A stretch of DNA of 64,000 bases from Candidatus Shapirobacteria bacterium CG_4_10_14_0_8_um_filter_39_15. GTDB lineage: Bacteria; Patescibacteriota; Microgenomatia; UM-FILTER-39-15. The stretch covers positions 10,972 through 74,971 of the forward strand of contig PFLE01000013.1 of assembly GCA_002784465.1 (NCBI GenBank). The letters are read 5' to 3'. Under the pieces are notes generated by a model. The model had not been told where the DNA came from. It saw nothing but the letters and a program-made list of their open reading frames with translations, and searched no databases. A program made the position numbers and the translations under genes. Shown here in pieces: positions 29,426 through 40,400 of this stretch. Positions within the stretch are counted from its first letter, which is position 1, and every line of letters begins with the position of its first letter.

Positions 29426-30703
29426 TTGAGGACTCTTTTATACGAATGGAAGGAAAGAAAATTACCCTTGGCCATAGAGCGCGATATTCATTTGGATATT
29501 TCCCGGCCGCCGGAAATTAAGAACGCCATGGTGATAACCGGTTTTCGGCGCGTAGGAAAGACCTATCTGCTTTATGAGACGATAGAAAAACTTTTAGAAA
29601 CTTATCCTCGTGAACAAGTGGTTTATCTTAATTTTGAGGATGAGCGGATAATCTCGCCCGCCACCGACCTTTTGACTGATCTCCTGCCGGAAATACAAGC
29701 GGTTTATGGTCAAAAACCTAAGTATTTATTTTTAGACGAACTGCAATTGATTCCCAATTGGTCAAAATGGGTACGCCGGATTCTTGATACGGAAACAGTC
29801 CAGATATTTATTACCGGTTCCTCCTCAAAAATGAGCAGTGCGGAATTACCGACTGAACTTCGAGGTCGGGCTTGGGAAACAAAAGTCGAGCCCCTTACTT
29901 TCAAAGAATTTTTGCGCTTTAAAAAAACTGCGATTGATAAGGAAAAGTTGACTTATGTAAAAGAAGAAGCGGCCCGTTTTTGTTTTCTTTTTGAGGAATA
30001 CATAACTTTTGGGGCATTGCCGGCCGTAGTCCTGACTCAATCCGAAAAAAAACAAGAGCTTTTACAGTCTTATTTTCAAACCGTGGTGCAAAGAGATATT
30101 GCCGAAAGATACAAAATAGACAACGACGTCGCCTTAAGAACCCTTTTGAAATTACTTCTTAATTCCAGTTATATCACCATATCCAAACTCACCAAGAACA
30201 TAAAAAGTCTGGGGATTCCCATTGGTAAATCAACCATTGACAGCTATCTCTCGTATATTGAAACCTCATATTTCCTAAATGAACTATATATTCATAATCC
30301 GGCGGTTATAAACCAATTGCAGTATCCGCGAAAGGTTTATTTTGTGGATACTGGGTTTATGACCGCCCTGTCAACAAAGTTTTCCAAAAACATGGGACGG
30401 TTATTTGAAAATGTTGTTTATCATAAACTCGCTCAAAGCAAGGAAACAATGTATTACTATAAAGACAATAAGGGAAATGAAGTTGATTTTGCGATTTTAG
30501 GGGAGGACAAAACGACCGCTTTGTATCAGGTTTGTTTTGATTTGACAGACGAAGAAATTCTCAATCGTGAAGTTAAATCACTTTTAAAAGCGAAAGAAAC
30601 GCTTAAATGCCAAAACCTTAATCTATTGTATCTTGAAAAAACAGAAACTTTTAAATTGCCTAAAGAAATTAAGCTTCTTTCCGCCCCGGAATTTTTCTTA
30701 TAA
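29426..30703 (+). CDS. AAA_14 + DUF4143 ATPase
   Basis: GFRRVGKT, FLDELQ, ITGSS, KVYFVDTG, FEN, EVDF. Confidence 0.85.
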   Translation: MRTLLYEWKERKLPLAIERDIHLDISRPPEIKNAMVITGFRRVGKTYLLYETIEKLLETYPREQVVYLNFEDERIISPATDLLTDLLPEIQAVYGQKPKYLFLDELQLIPNWSKWVRRILDTETVQIFITGSSSKMSSAELPTELRGRAWETKVEPLTFKEFLRFKKTAIDKEKLTYVKEEAARFCFLFEEYITFGALPAVVLTQSEKKQELLQSYFQTVVQRDIAERYKIDNDVALRTLLKLLLNSSYITISKLTKNIKSLGIPIGKSTIDSYLSYIETSYFLNELYIHNPAVINQLQYPRKVYFVDTGFMTALSTKFSKNMGRLFENVVYHKLAQSKETMYYYKDNKGNEVDFAILGEDKTTALYQVCFDLTDEEILNREVKSLLKAKETLKCQNLNLLYLEKTETFKLPKEIKLLSAPEFFL

Positions 30704-30844
30704 ACTCAGTATATTAAGTATTGTGGGTATATTTTGGATTTCATCTCAAAAAAGAATTAATTTTTCTTTACTACCAGGCGAGCTTGGTAATTAGATAAAA
30801 AGGACTTGACAAATACAAATTATCAGATATAATGGATTTAGTAA

Positions 30845-32059
30845 ATGACAATTATCCGAGATTTAACCCTAAAGATAAATCATTACCTTCGATCGGAAGA
30901 GATTATTCTTATTATTGGAGCTAGACAATCGGGAAAAACGACGGTTCTTCATCAGTTGGAAGGATTCTTGCGTGAAGCAAAAGAGGTTTCCTTTTTTTTG
31001 AATCTAGAGGATTCAGAATATCTAACACTTTTGAACCAATCGCCAAAAAATATTTTTCAAATTTTTCCATTTGATCTAACCCAAAAAAACTTTCTTTTTG
31101 TTGACGAAATTCAATATTTGGATAATCCCTCAAACTTTTTAAAGTATTTATACGATGAATATGCGGGGAAAATTAAGATTATTGCTTCTGGTTCTTCGGC
31201 TTTTTATTTGGATAAAAAATTTAAAGAATCTTTGGCCGGGAGAAAAAGAATTTTTCAGTTATACACGCTTTCGTTTAAAGAATTTTTAAGATTTAAAGAC
31301 GAAACTCCGCTGGCCGAGAAGGATTTTATCGGATTAACTCTTTCGGAAAAGGAAAAAATAAGCCTTTACTATCAAGAATATGTGGTTTATGGAGGATATC
31401 CTAAGGTTGTTTTAGCGCCAAAAGAGGAAAAAGAAAATTTATTAAGTGATTTGGCCTACTCCTATATTAAGAAAGATATTTTCGAGTCGGGAATTAGGCA
31501 AGATGAAGTATTTTACCGGCTTTTTAAAATTTTAGCCTCGCAGACCGGAAACTTGGTCAATACCGCAGAATTAGCGGCAACCTTAGGAGTTTCTAAAACC
31601 GCGATTGATAATTATCTTTACACGATGCAAAAATCTTTTCATTTAGCTTTAATCCGGCCGTTTTTCCAAAACATCCGCAAGGAATTAACCAAAATGCCCA
31701 AAGTTTATTTTTTGGATTTGGGATTAAGAAACTTTTTTTGCAGCAATTTTAACCTTTTTGAAACACGGGATGATAAAGGACCGCTTTTGGAAAATGCCGT
31801 TTTTCGGCAGCTATTGGAAAAATATCCTTTGGAAGAGATTAAGTTTTGGCGGACAACGGCGAAACAAGAGGTTGATTTTATCGCTGGCGAAAACTCCGCT
31901 TTTGAGGTTAAATCGCAGGCAAAAAATGTCAGGCGGAAAGACTATCAAACCTTTTTAGAAAATTATCCAAAAATTAAGCTTTCCCTGGCTGTTTTTCAGG
32001 AAACAGAAAAAAAATCTAGCCCATTTCCCGTATATGAGGTTTGGCAGCTGCCAATTTAG
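30845..32059 (+). CDS. AAA_14 + DUF4143 ATPase
   Basis: GARQSGKTT, DEIQY, SGSS, KMPKVYFLDLG, EVDF..EVK; promoter TTGACA(30806)-16-TATAAT. Confidence 0.85.
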   Translation: MTIIRDLTLKINHYLRSEEIILIIGARQSGKTTVLHQLEGFLREAKEVSFFLNLEDSEYLTLLNQSPKNIFQIFPFDLTQKNFLFVDEIQYLDNPSNFLKYLYDEYAGKIKIIASGSSAFYLDKKFKESLAGRKRIFQLYTLSFKEFLRFKDETPLAEKDFIGLTLSEKEKISLYYQEYVVYGGYPKVVLAPKEEKENLLSDLAYSYIKKDIFESGIRQDEVFYRLFKILASQTGNLVNTAELAATLGVSKTAIDNYLYTMQKSFHLALIRPFFQNIRKELTKMPKVYFLDLGLRNFFCSNFNLFETRDDKGPLLENAVFRQLLEKYPLEEIKFWRTTAKQEVDFIAGENSAFEVKSQAKNVRRKDYQTFLENYPKIKLSLAVFQETEKKSSPFPVYEVWQLPI

Positions 32060-32156
32060 TAAATATTGCGGGTATGTTTTAGATTTCATCTCAAAAAAGA
32101 ATTAATTTTTCCTCTTCCCTATTTGAATCTTGCAAAAAATGATATAATTCAAATAT

Positions 32157-33929
32157 ATGCCAGATCCAGAACGAAGACTGCCTATTCCTCCGCCCGAGGC
32201 CAGCCAGGAGCCAAGATACGTTCCTCCCGAAATGATGGGAAGTTATTATTATCCAATACAGGATAAGGATTTGGCGGTTGAGATTGTTAAGGCTAACAAC
32301 GAAACCCTTCCTGAAGTAATATCGAATGCGATTTCCTATAGCGAGGGATTAATTTTAGGACGGGAAGTAGATTTAACCGATGATAATGAAGTTCTGTTTT
32401 ATATGGGTTTATTCTTAACCGGCGAGGGTGCGTTAAAAGTTCCGCTATTTTCTTATGCCAATCAGGCTTTGGAAATTAGAACGAGTGGTCGAGTAAGAGA
32501 GATAAGAAGCGAGGCTAGAACAACGCGCAGACCGTTGACAGAGGAAGAAAAGAAAGAGAAAACACTTTTAATTGGGATGGAGAATTGGAACAATGCTCGT
32601 CAAACGGCTCATCAGGCTTTTTTGGAGAGAGTGATAACTTGTGCCTCCGAAGAGGCAGCTGCGGATTTGGCTTTGAATACTCCGGCTCAAAAAGCCCCGA
32701 CAACACCGGACAAAACCGTTTGGCAAAATCTTTTTGGCCAACCGACGAAAGAAGGAGAAGCAACTCCTCAAAGTGAGTTTGGTAATTACGTGGATCTCAC
32801 CATGAGAGGGTTGGTGGCAATAGGAATTCCTCCTAGGGGCACACCCGAGTTTGATCGCTTACACCCTGACTTTAAGAACTTCAATTTTAGAGAAGTTTTG
32901 CCGCCAGCGGATAGAAATATACTTCCATGTACGATCTATACGACGGGTTTTGATAGCGAAAGTTTTAAAGCCTTGCTTAATTATGCGTTGCATATTTCCG
33001 ATGGAAGAATGGATGTTGTTTGGGAAGCGTGGAAATTATTTGAGACATGGGAAATGACAACAAATTTCGGATATATGAAAGATTTTGGGCAGAAGAAAGA
33101 TACCCCTAAATATATACACGGAGATCATAAATTAGGAGGCGCCCCGATAATGAGTGCGCTTTATGCCTGGATAGATCATCTTCCGGAAAAAAGGGCTTTT
33201 GAATATGGATATTGGGCCGATGGTACTTTAAATCCGGAATCGCCTCACAAACTTTCCCATAGCGGACACCCCTTAAGTATTTCTAAAATTCCATCGCTTT
33301 GCGGAGATTTTCTTAAAGAAACGAAGGTTGATGCGCCCGGCGGAGGAAAAAAGTCACTTCGGGAAATTTGGGCAGGGGGAATGTCTTTTGCTGATCGCGA
33401 ATTTCCCTGGACGCATTTAGAACAAGCAACACAAGATATGTCGCGGCTTGAGGAACAGGATTTTGGATCTTACAGCAGTTGGTTATTTAGGCGAAGAAGA
33501 GCTTTCAATATGGTTAAGGATATTAGAGAATTACCCTTCAAAGGTTTAAATGATTATGGAAAAGCAGACTTCTTTTCTTCGAGAATCAGAAACTGGAGGA
33601 ATACTTTGTATTTGCCGAAAGCGGATCAATATACACCAGATCAAAATCCGATGGTTTGGTTAATGGCAGACATCATTTTTAATCATCATCCGGAAACTAA
33701 CAATCATATTCCTTGGGCGCAAAAAAACCCGGATTTAGCTCTAAGAACCAGCCTTGATCCAAAAGAACGGTTTTCTTTTAATCCTATAAACGATCCCGAC
33801 GCAAAAAAACTATCTGCTTGGGAATTTTTAAGAGCTGGTTATGATTCAACCTGGATAACAAAGAAAGATGCTGAGTGGATTCGGGATTATCTTAAGATTC
33901 CTACCGCGGTGGGACAAAGAGGTCTTTAG
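32157..33929 (+). CDS. Hypothetical cytoplasmic protein (590 aa)
   Basis: Long ORF with TATAAT just upstream; no motif recognised. Confidence 0.65.
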   Translation: MPDPERRLPIPPPEASQEPRYVPPEMMGSYYYPIQDKDLAVEIVKANNETLPEVISNAISYSEGLILGREVDLTDDNEVLFYMGLFLTGEGALKVPLFSYANQALEIRTSGRVREIRSEARTTRRPLTEEEKKEKTLLIGMENWNNARQTAHQAFLERVITCASEEAAADLALNTPAQKAPTTPDKTVWQNLFGQPTKEGEATPQSEFGNYVDLTMRGLVAIGIPPRGTPEFDRLHPDFKNFNFREVLPPADRNILPCTIYTTGFDSESFKALLNYALHISDGRMDVVWEAWKLFETWEMTTNFGYMKDFGQKKDTPKYIHGDHKLGGAPIMSALYAWIDHLPEKRAFEYGYWADGTLNPESPHKLSHSGHPLSISKIPSLCGDFLKETKVDAPGGGKKSLREIWAGGMSFADREFPWTHLEQATQDMSRLEEQDFGSYSSWLFRRRRAFNMVKDIRELPFKGLNDYGKADFFSSRIRNWRNTLYLPKADQYTPDQNPMVWLMADIIFNHHPETNNHIPWAQKNPDLALRTSLDPKERFSFNPINDPDAKKLSAWEFLRAGYDSTWITKKDAEWIRDYLKIPTAVGQRGL

Positions 33930-33931
33930 TT

Positions 33932-35473
33932 TCATCTTCCCGATAGAATCTTCTTGGTCGCAGCTTCTTTAGTATTCCAAGTAAGGCCTTGCCATTCTGT
34001 AGGTATTACAGGGCTTTTTCCTGTTGTTAAGTTGCGATAGCCTGCTTCAATTCCTCCGGCGGCCCCCATTCTTCCTGCAGCCATTGGAACACCCATTGCT
34101 GCTTCCCCTATTCCTAGTCTATCTCCAAACGATTTCCCAGCCAAAACATTTTTAATCATATCGGCAACATGAGGCGTCATGAGCATCAATCCTAAGGCAA
34201 CAAAGATCATTAAAAAGAAAAAGCTGACTCTGGCTGGGATACTCGCTTGTACGACTTGTTGAACTTCGGCTAAGGTTGATGGTGAGGCACCGGGAATAGA
34301 AACAATTCCTATTCCTGCGAAAGCTCCTTCGAGTAATGGCATTTCATGGAGGGATTCCCTAACCAGAAAATTGGCGATCAAGAGCATTGTTAAAACGACT
34401 GGTAGAACCGCGAGGTTGCTCAAAATATTTTTAAACCAAGCACCGGTTGAGCTGGAAGCAGGAAGGGCGCCAAAAGCAAGAAGAAATGGAGCGAAAATAA
34501 TTGCCAAAACAACATTTACATAAGCCTTAAGCAACGTCCACAAAAGACGAAAAAGGGCGATGATGAAAACGATAGCAAAAATGATCAAAAGAATTAATGC
34601 GCCGACGACTGCGCCGGTAGCCATTCCCGCCGGTCCTCCAAATGGAATACCGGCAACTCCTCCAACAATCATGCCAAGAATAATAAGGAAGACAGCACCG
34701 ATTTCAAACGGTGCCATTGCGGATTGAATAATTAAGCTAGCATTATCAACAACAGAGGTAACCGGGGTCCCGGAGACAAAACTGAAATAATCAGGCCGAA
34801 GTTGATGAAAAACACCCAAAAGAAGATTATTAATAATCCACATAAGGTCGACTAAAAAGCCAGCGATAGCATAGGAAAAAGTGACCAGAATTAAGCCAAT
34901 AATAATTTTTGGGAGGGCTGCCTCGAGGGTAATTATTGTGCGCGGATCCACTTTAAATCGAAACATGATGGCAAAACCGGTAATCACAAAAACCAAAACA
35001 AAAAGAAGGTAAGACATGTCTCGAAAAGCTTTCCAGAGAGGCAAAACCGTTTCCATACTTGTAAATCCAATGCCATTATCTTGTGCATAAGCCGGTTTAG
35101 CGATGCCGACCTTTGAACCAAGATCAGCTAAATAAGTCAATCCCGAAGCGGGAGGTGCTTGGTAAACTAAACCAATAAGAGAAGCGAGGGTTGGAACAAG
35201 TCCGCCATTATCTGTTCCCGGACTTGGGGTACCGCCGCTGGAAACAGTACTCAATTTTGGCATTCCTGCCTGATCCGCAAAAGAAAACATAATGGCTTTA
35301 ATGGTTTCGCGAACAAAACTTTGCAAATTCATATCCGGGGATTCTATTGCTTGCTGATATAAAAGAGGATATGAGGCTTCGGGTGTAGAAAATGCCAGAA
35401 CAGGTTTGGAAACGGCAAGAGAACCTGCAATTAAGAGAAAACCTAAGACAAATATGCGGAATTTGGTGTTCAT
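33932..35473 (-). CDS. VirB6/TrbL-like polytopic membrane protein (start probably ATG 35473)
   Basis: Signal peptide, W..FRD..Y, LPKIIIGLILVTFSYAIAG, multiple TMs; within the T4SS-like cluster. Confidence 0.65.
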   Translation of the reverse strand: MNTKFRIFVLGFLLIAGSLAVSKPVLAFSTPEASYPLLYQQAIESPDMNLQSFVRETIKAIMFSFADQAGMPKLSTVSSGGTPSPGTDNGGLVPTLASLIGLVYQAPPASGLTYLADLGSKVGIAKPAYAQDNGIGFTSMETVLPLWKAFRDMSYLLFVLVFVITGFAIMFRFKVDPRTIITLEAALPKIIIGLILVTFSYAIAGFLVDLMWIINNLLLGVFHQLRPDYFSFVSGTPVTSVVDNASLIIQSAMAPFEIGAVFLIILGMIVGGVAGIPFGGPAGMATGAVVGALILLIIFAIVFIIALFRLLWTLLKAYVNVVLAIIFAPFLLAFGALPASSSTGAWFKNILSNLAVLPVVLTMLLIANFLVRESLHEMPLLEGAFAGIGIVSIPGASPSTLAEVQQVVQASIPARVSFFFLMIFVALGLMLMTPHVADMIKNVLAGKSFGDRLGIGEAAMGVPMAAGRMGAAGGIEAGYRNLTTGKSPVIPTEWQGLTWNTKEAATKKILSGR

Positions 35474-35594
35474 AATGAATAAATTAAATCTAACATCATT
35501 ATTTTTTATTTTCAAGACCCTAAAATTAAACTTGTTCCGAGAAAATTAACAATATTGTTAATTTGTTGGGAAGTATATTATTACCAGCGTCCCC

Positions 35595-35659
35595 TTGACA
35601 AAAACTTATTTTTTAGCTAAAATCTACTGGATGCCGTAAAAATTACGGCTTTTAGTAGC
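35595..35659 (+). promoter_or_regulatory. AbiE promoter with inverted-repeat operator
   Basis: TTGACA-17-TAAAAT, then ctact..gccgtaa-aaa-ttacggc..agtag. Confidence 0.6.
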
Positions 35660-35664
35660 ATTAT

Positions 35665-36249
35665 ATGATTAACAACGACTTTATTTTACAACTTTATTAT
35701 CGGCCGGAAACGGTTTTCACTATTAATGAGATTGCCCAACTCTACCCTGACGTTTCTTACGAGAGTGTGCGTGACCGCCTATATTATTTTGCTAAAACCG
35801 GGAAATTGAAACGGCCTCACCAGGGGATTTATGCGAAAAACGACTACCATCCTTTTGAATTGGCCAATAAACTTTATAAACCGTCATATATCAGTTTGGA
35901 AACTGTCCTGGCAAAACAAGGCGTGGTCTTTCAGTCTTACAAAACAATTTTTGTTGTTTCCTATTTGACAAGAACAATAACCATAAACGAGACAGAAATC
36001 CAGTATCGGCAAATTAAAGGAGAAATCTTGACCAATACTGAAGGAATTGATCAGAAAGATGGTTATTTTACGGCTACCCGCGAGCGGGCGTTTTTAGACG
36101 CAATTTATATCTATAAAAATTATCATTTTGACAATTTAGGGGCAATTGATTGGAACGAAGTTGAAGCCCTTAAAAAAATCTATAAAAGCAAAATCTTTGA
36201 AAAAAGAGTTGGGGAGTATTATCAATTATCCAAGGAGGAACATGGTTAA
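35665..36249 (+). CDS. AbiEi-type antitoxin/transcriptional regulator
   Basis: TVFT..EI, GIY, PSYISLETVL, ERAFLD. Confidence 0.8.
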   Translation: MINNDFILQLYYRPETVFTINEIAQLYPDVSYESVRDRLYYFAKTGKLKRPHQGIYAKNDYHPFELANKLYKPSYISLETVLAKQGVVFQSYKTIFVVSYLTRTITINETEIQYRQIKGEILTNTEGIDQKDGYFTATRERAFLDAIYIYKNYHFDNLGAIDWNEVEALKKIYKSKIFEKRVGEYYQLSKEEHG

Positions 36250-36946
36250 CATTGATTTGCACCGAACCATTTTTATTAATATTTTACGGGAAATTTATTC
36301 TGATCCAAGTTTAAGAAGTGTTTTGGGTTTTAAGGGCGGAACCGCGGCCTTTTTGTTTTACGGATTGCCCCGTTTTTCCGTTGACTTGGATTTTGATTTA
36401 CTGGATTTGAAGCAAAAAGAAGTCGTTTTTACCCGGTTAAAAGAAATTCTACCCAATTTTGGTACTCTGACAGAGGCGATCGAAAAACGATATACTCTTT
36501 TTTTCCTTCTGAATTACCAAAAAGGAGAAAGAAATTTGAAAGTGGAAATCTCCAAAAGACCGGTTAAGGCGGATTTTACTATTAAAAATTATTTGGGTAT
36601 TTCGATGTTGGTAATGGCGCCGGCTGATATGGCGGCGGGGAAGATTTCCGCCTTGTTGACTCGAAAACGATTTGCCTCTCGAGATGTTTATGATGTTTGG
36701 TTTTATTTAAAAAATAATTGGCCAATTAACGAGAAGTTGTTGCAGGAAAAAACGGGAATGTCGTTGGCTAATGCTCTAAAAAAAGCACAGGAAAAGGTAA
36801 ATGGTCTTAAAAAAACAGAGTTATTGTCTGGTTTGGGTGAACTTTTGGATAATAAACAAAAAATGTGGGTGAGAGAAAAGTTAATTGAAGAAACAATTTA
36901 TTACTTAAAACTATATCAATCACAAATATTAGACTTAAGACATTAG
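36242..36946 (+). CDS. AbiEii/AbiGii nucleotidyltransferase toxin
   Basis: FKGGTA, RFSVDLDF, K..AL..R...RDVYD; ATG 36242 overlaps the AbiEi end. Confidence 0.85.
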   Translation: MVNIDLHRTIFINILREIYSDPSLRSVLGFKGGTAAFLFYGLPRFSVDLDFDLLDLKQKEVVFTRLKEILPNFGTLTEAIEKRYTLFFLLNYQKGERNLKVEISKRPVKADFTIKNYLGISMLVMAPADMAAGKISALLTRKRFASRDVYDVWFYLKNNWPINEKLLQEKTGMSLANALKKAQEKVNGLKKTELLSGLGELLDNKQKMWVREKLIEETIYYLKLYQSQILDLRH

Positions 36947-37014
36947 TTATAAATTTGAATATCGAATATCGAAATCCGAAACAATTTTCAAAATTCAAAA
37001 TTTCAAGTTAAAAT

Positions 37015-37392
37015 TCAAAAGTTTTTGCTTTTAAGTTTGATTACGCCAGCGGCTAACATATTAGCAATTTCCGTAACTTCATTTAGCAATCGTATAATAC
37101 TTTCTTTTTTCTCTACCAAGCCGGAATCTCTTAAAAGGCATAACCAATATTTTGTTTCGTTGGCACTTCTTAAAGCAATCTCGTAAAATTTCTTGAACTC
37201 CAAGCGGGAGCTAGAAGCTCCTCCTTCAATAAGATTTGCTCCGATTGACATTGCCGCCCTTAATAATTAATCAGCAATAACCCAAGCGGCTCGTTTATTA
37301 GGAAGAGTGTCCATTAACGTAATTATAGCGAGGCTAAATTGATAACACCGTGTCTTTAAATCACTTTTAAATTTTGAATTGTAATTTTGCAT
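37015..37392 (-). pseudogene. Four helix bundle protein copy 2 with an internal TAA at 37267-37269
   Basis: MQNYNSKFKSDLKTRCYQFS...WVIAD*LLRAAMSIGANLIEG...ANETKYWL; stop sits where the conserved Q (CAA) is expected; TCAAAA-type arms at 36951-37020 and 37362-37441. Confidence 0.85.
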
Positions 37393-37445
37393 TTTGAATT
37401 TTGCCTTTTGACTTTATGTAATTAAATTTTAAATTTCAAATTGGT

Positions 37446-40400
37446 TTATGGTTTGCAACAAACATTCACACCTCCGCAACCATCCCCGCCGGGTAGTCCA
37501 GTGCCGAGAGTGTCATTTGCAGCACAACTATCAGTGCAAGTTCCACCCAGTTGAGAACAAGAGAGGACGGGGTTAACGCTCGTTAAGCTGGCTGGAAACA
37601 GACTGTTGGTTACCCATTGTTTTGCCTGTTGGATTCCGCCCAAGTGGGGGAAATAAAACTGGCCTTCGGTCGGAGAAGTTGAACCGTCTTTGTGTCTTTG
37701 AAGGGGACAATCACCTTTGATTGGTAGGTTTCCGGAACACCAACCAACCTGATCGCTGTAAGGTGTATATTTTATTGTTGCCTGGCTTATTGCTGGTGTA
37801 TCCGGAAAACCGGGATGAAAGGAAGGACGAAAAATATTAAGCACCCCCATTGATCCACTGGTCTGATTCCAAATATCATCAAGATAGGGGTGAATTAAGC
37901 TGACCCCTATATTACGGCTAACTTGCTCACTATCATTCCAGATGGTTGGTTGGCTTCCTTCTCGGCCGGTCCATTCGTAACATCGATTATCAGTATTTTG
38001 TATTTGGACACAGACCGGATCAGGCGCAACATTATTGGGATTTGCCCAATCACCGGCTTCACAAGTTACCGTATGTCCGTTTCCTCGTCCACCCAAATCA
38101 AGACAGGGGTCCATATTTATCTGATCATATTTTCCTTCTTCAAGCAGCCAAGCTTGACAAGCCCAACTGGATCCATTGCAGGCAACATATCGATTATTTT
38201 CAAATTTATCCACCGCGGTTAGTTTATATTGAATATTGCTGCAGCAAAGAGTATCGCCGGTTCCGGTAATGGCATCTTTTTTAATACAGGAATCAATTGA
38301 TTTGGCTGGATCCTGGAAACAAGTTGGCGGTGGGGCCGGGGCAACACCGCAAGTCGTATCCCATTTATAAGTCCCATCGGCGTTTTGAGCCAAGGTGATA
38401 CTGCAAGAAACGGATCCTCCATCCACGCAGCAGTTCGCTCGGGAACCGCCGGAAGCTTTTGTCCAATTGGCAGAAACTGTAAAAGCATCGCCAACATTCA
38501 TATTTATGGTGCTGGGATGATAATTAGTTCCCCATTGAGTTTCCCATTTACCCGGACACTGGATTTCTGGACCGCCAGTGTCTGATAAAAATCCGCTGGC
38601 GCCTCCAGAATCATAGATTGATAAATTCTTTAAATGGGAAATACCGTCACAATTTTGTCCGGCCGGACAGGGAACACAAAAATAAGATTTAAAACTATGT
38701 TGTCCTGGGGCTGGAGCATCAATATCATAAAAAGTCATATTACCTGTACAGTATCTTTGGCAGGGTGGAGGAGTCGCCGCCTGAACGGATTTGGGACTAA
38801 ATAAGCCAGTGAGTGGATTGTTGGTAGAGGAATTATCAGCAAGAACATTCTGGTTATTGGAAATTTGGGCCGTTGTGGTAATTGGTTCATTGTAGGGAAT
38901 TAAAATACTGGAAACTATTTTACTTGATTCATATAATCTTGCCAGATGGGGAACTTTTTCAACCTGATTTTTATTGGTGGGATCTAAATTTGTAAAAGTG
39001 TCTTCGTTTTTAGCACCTAAATAAGGTTGAATCAGGCCTTCGGTATCTTCCCGGGAAACCAATGGAACCGCTTCCCAAATACGCCCCCAAGTACTTTTTT
39101 TCCAAGTCGCCCACTTTATTTCATAATCAGAGTCGTTGACCGAAGGAGGAAGATGACTGGCAATTTCCGAAAGTTTTTTATGCCCTTCGAGGTCTGAAAA
39201 CGGCGGAATCGGTATAAAACCCATACTATAATAACGAACGTCTATAGGTAAGAGCTTCCCTAATGGTGATGCGTTATAAGCTCGTAAGATTAAACCAATT
39301 TTATCAATTTCCACAGCTTGATCAGCACTATTATTAAATAAACAATGATGAAACCATTCATCCTTGCTAGGTACAGGTACTCCTAATTTTTTATAAATTA
39401 AACTAATTAAATTAAATTCGTTCCAAATATCATAAGAAATCTCCATAATAAACGGAGCATCCCAACAAAGACGGGTTGGATAGTTAACCATATAATCATG
39501 AATTTTTCCTTCAAAAGGCGCTTGGGTATTAAGCGAGCGCACCGCCCTGGCGACCATTTGTTCTTTAAGGGTGTCTTGGTAGGTCATGGGTGTTAATTTT
39601 CTTAAAACCCCGGCATAATTAACATAATCCAACCAGTATTTTTCATAGTTTTTATAATATTCATTTGTTCCTTCAAAATAATCCGCCAAATATTTACTTT
39701 CACTTTCTTGGTCTTCCTTACCCACAAAAGGAATAGTAATATCTTTTGGATTAATCGTAATTGTTCCGCCCCAAGTGGTAGTGACTAAATGAGGAACAGT
39801 TAACGTTGCATCAGTACAGCTATCTGGACCCATCCATCTTTGCCAGGAAACATGATCAGTGACGGTAAAACTGGTAGCGCAGCTGCCGGAATTATTACCA
39901 ATATTGCAAGCTTGACAGGCGACCGGTCGGGAATTACGGTCACCGTTTTGAGTTAGGTCGCAAACCGTTGATGGATAATTCGGAAGGGGGGGTTTAGTAT
40001 CAATCGTTCCCGGAAGTGTAGTATTTGCTTTTGCGGGTGTATTACAAGGATCCCACCAATCGTTTTTCCAGCGCGGATCCATAAATCCGCCGGTATCTCT
40101 AATTGCCACCTGAATATCTCCGTGAGCCGTTCCTAATATTTCGGAAGCACCTAAAGCGGGTAGTTGAACCCGTCCGGCAGCATTAAGTTGATTATATAAA
40201 GCTAAAAGTTCCGGTCTAACGGTAAAATTTCCCATAATATGGATACCGTATCCGTTTCTAATCCCGCCGCCGGTATTATACATAATAAAAATCTCATTAG
40301 ATGAAGCATAATAAACCATCACCTGTTTGCCGTTGCCGATACTAAACGGAGCAGCGGGCACAAGGATATTTCCGGTTGATGAACCGTTAGTGGAAAAACC

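Noticed and set aside
37267-37269. Stop-codon reassignment explaining the internal TAA
   Set aside because: TAA, TAG and TGA all terminate conserved genes here; a single CAA-to-TAA change is simpler.
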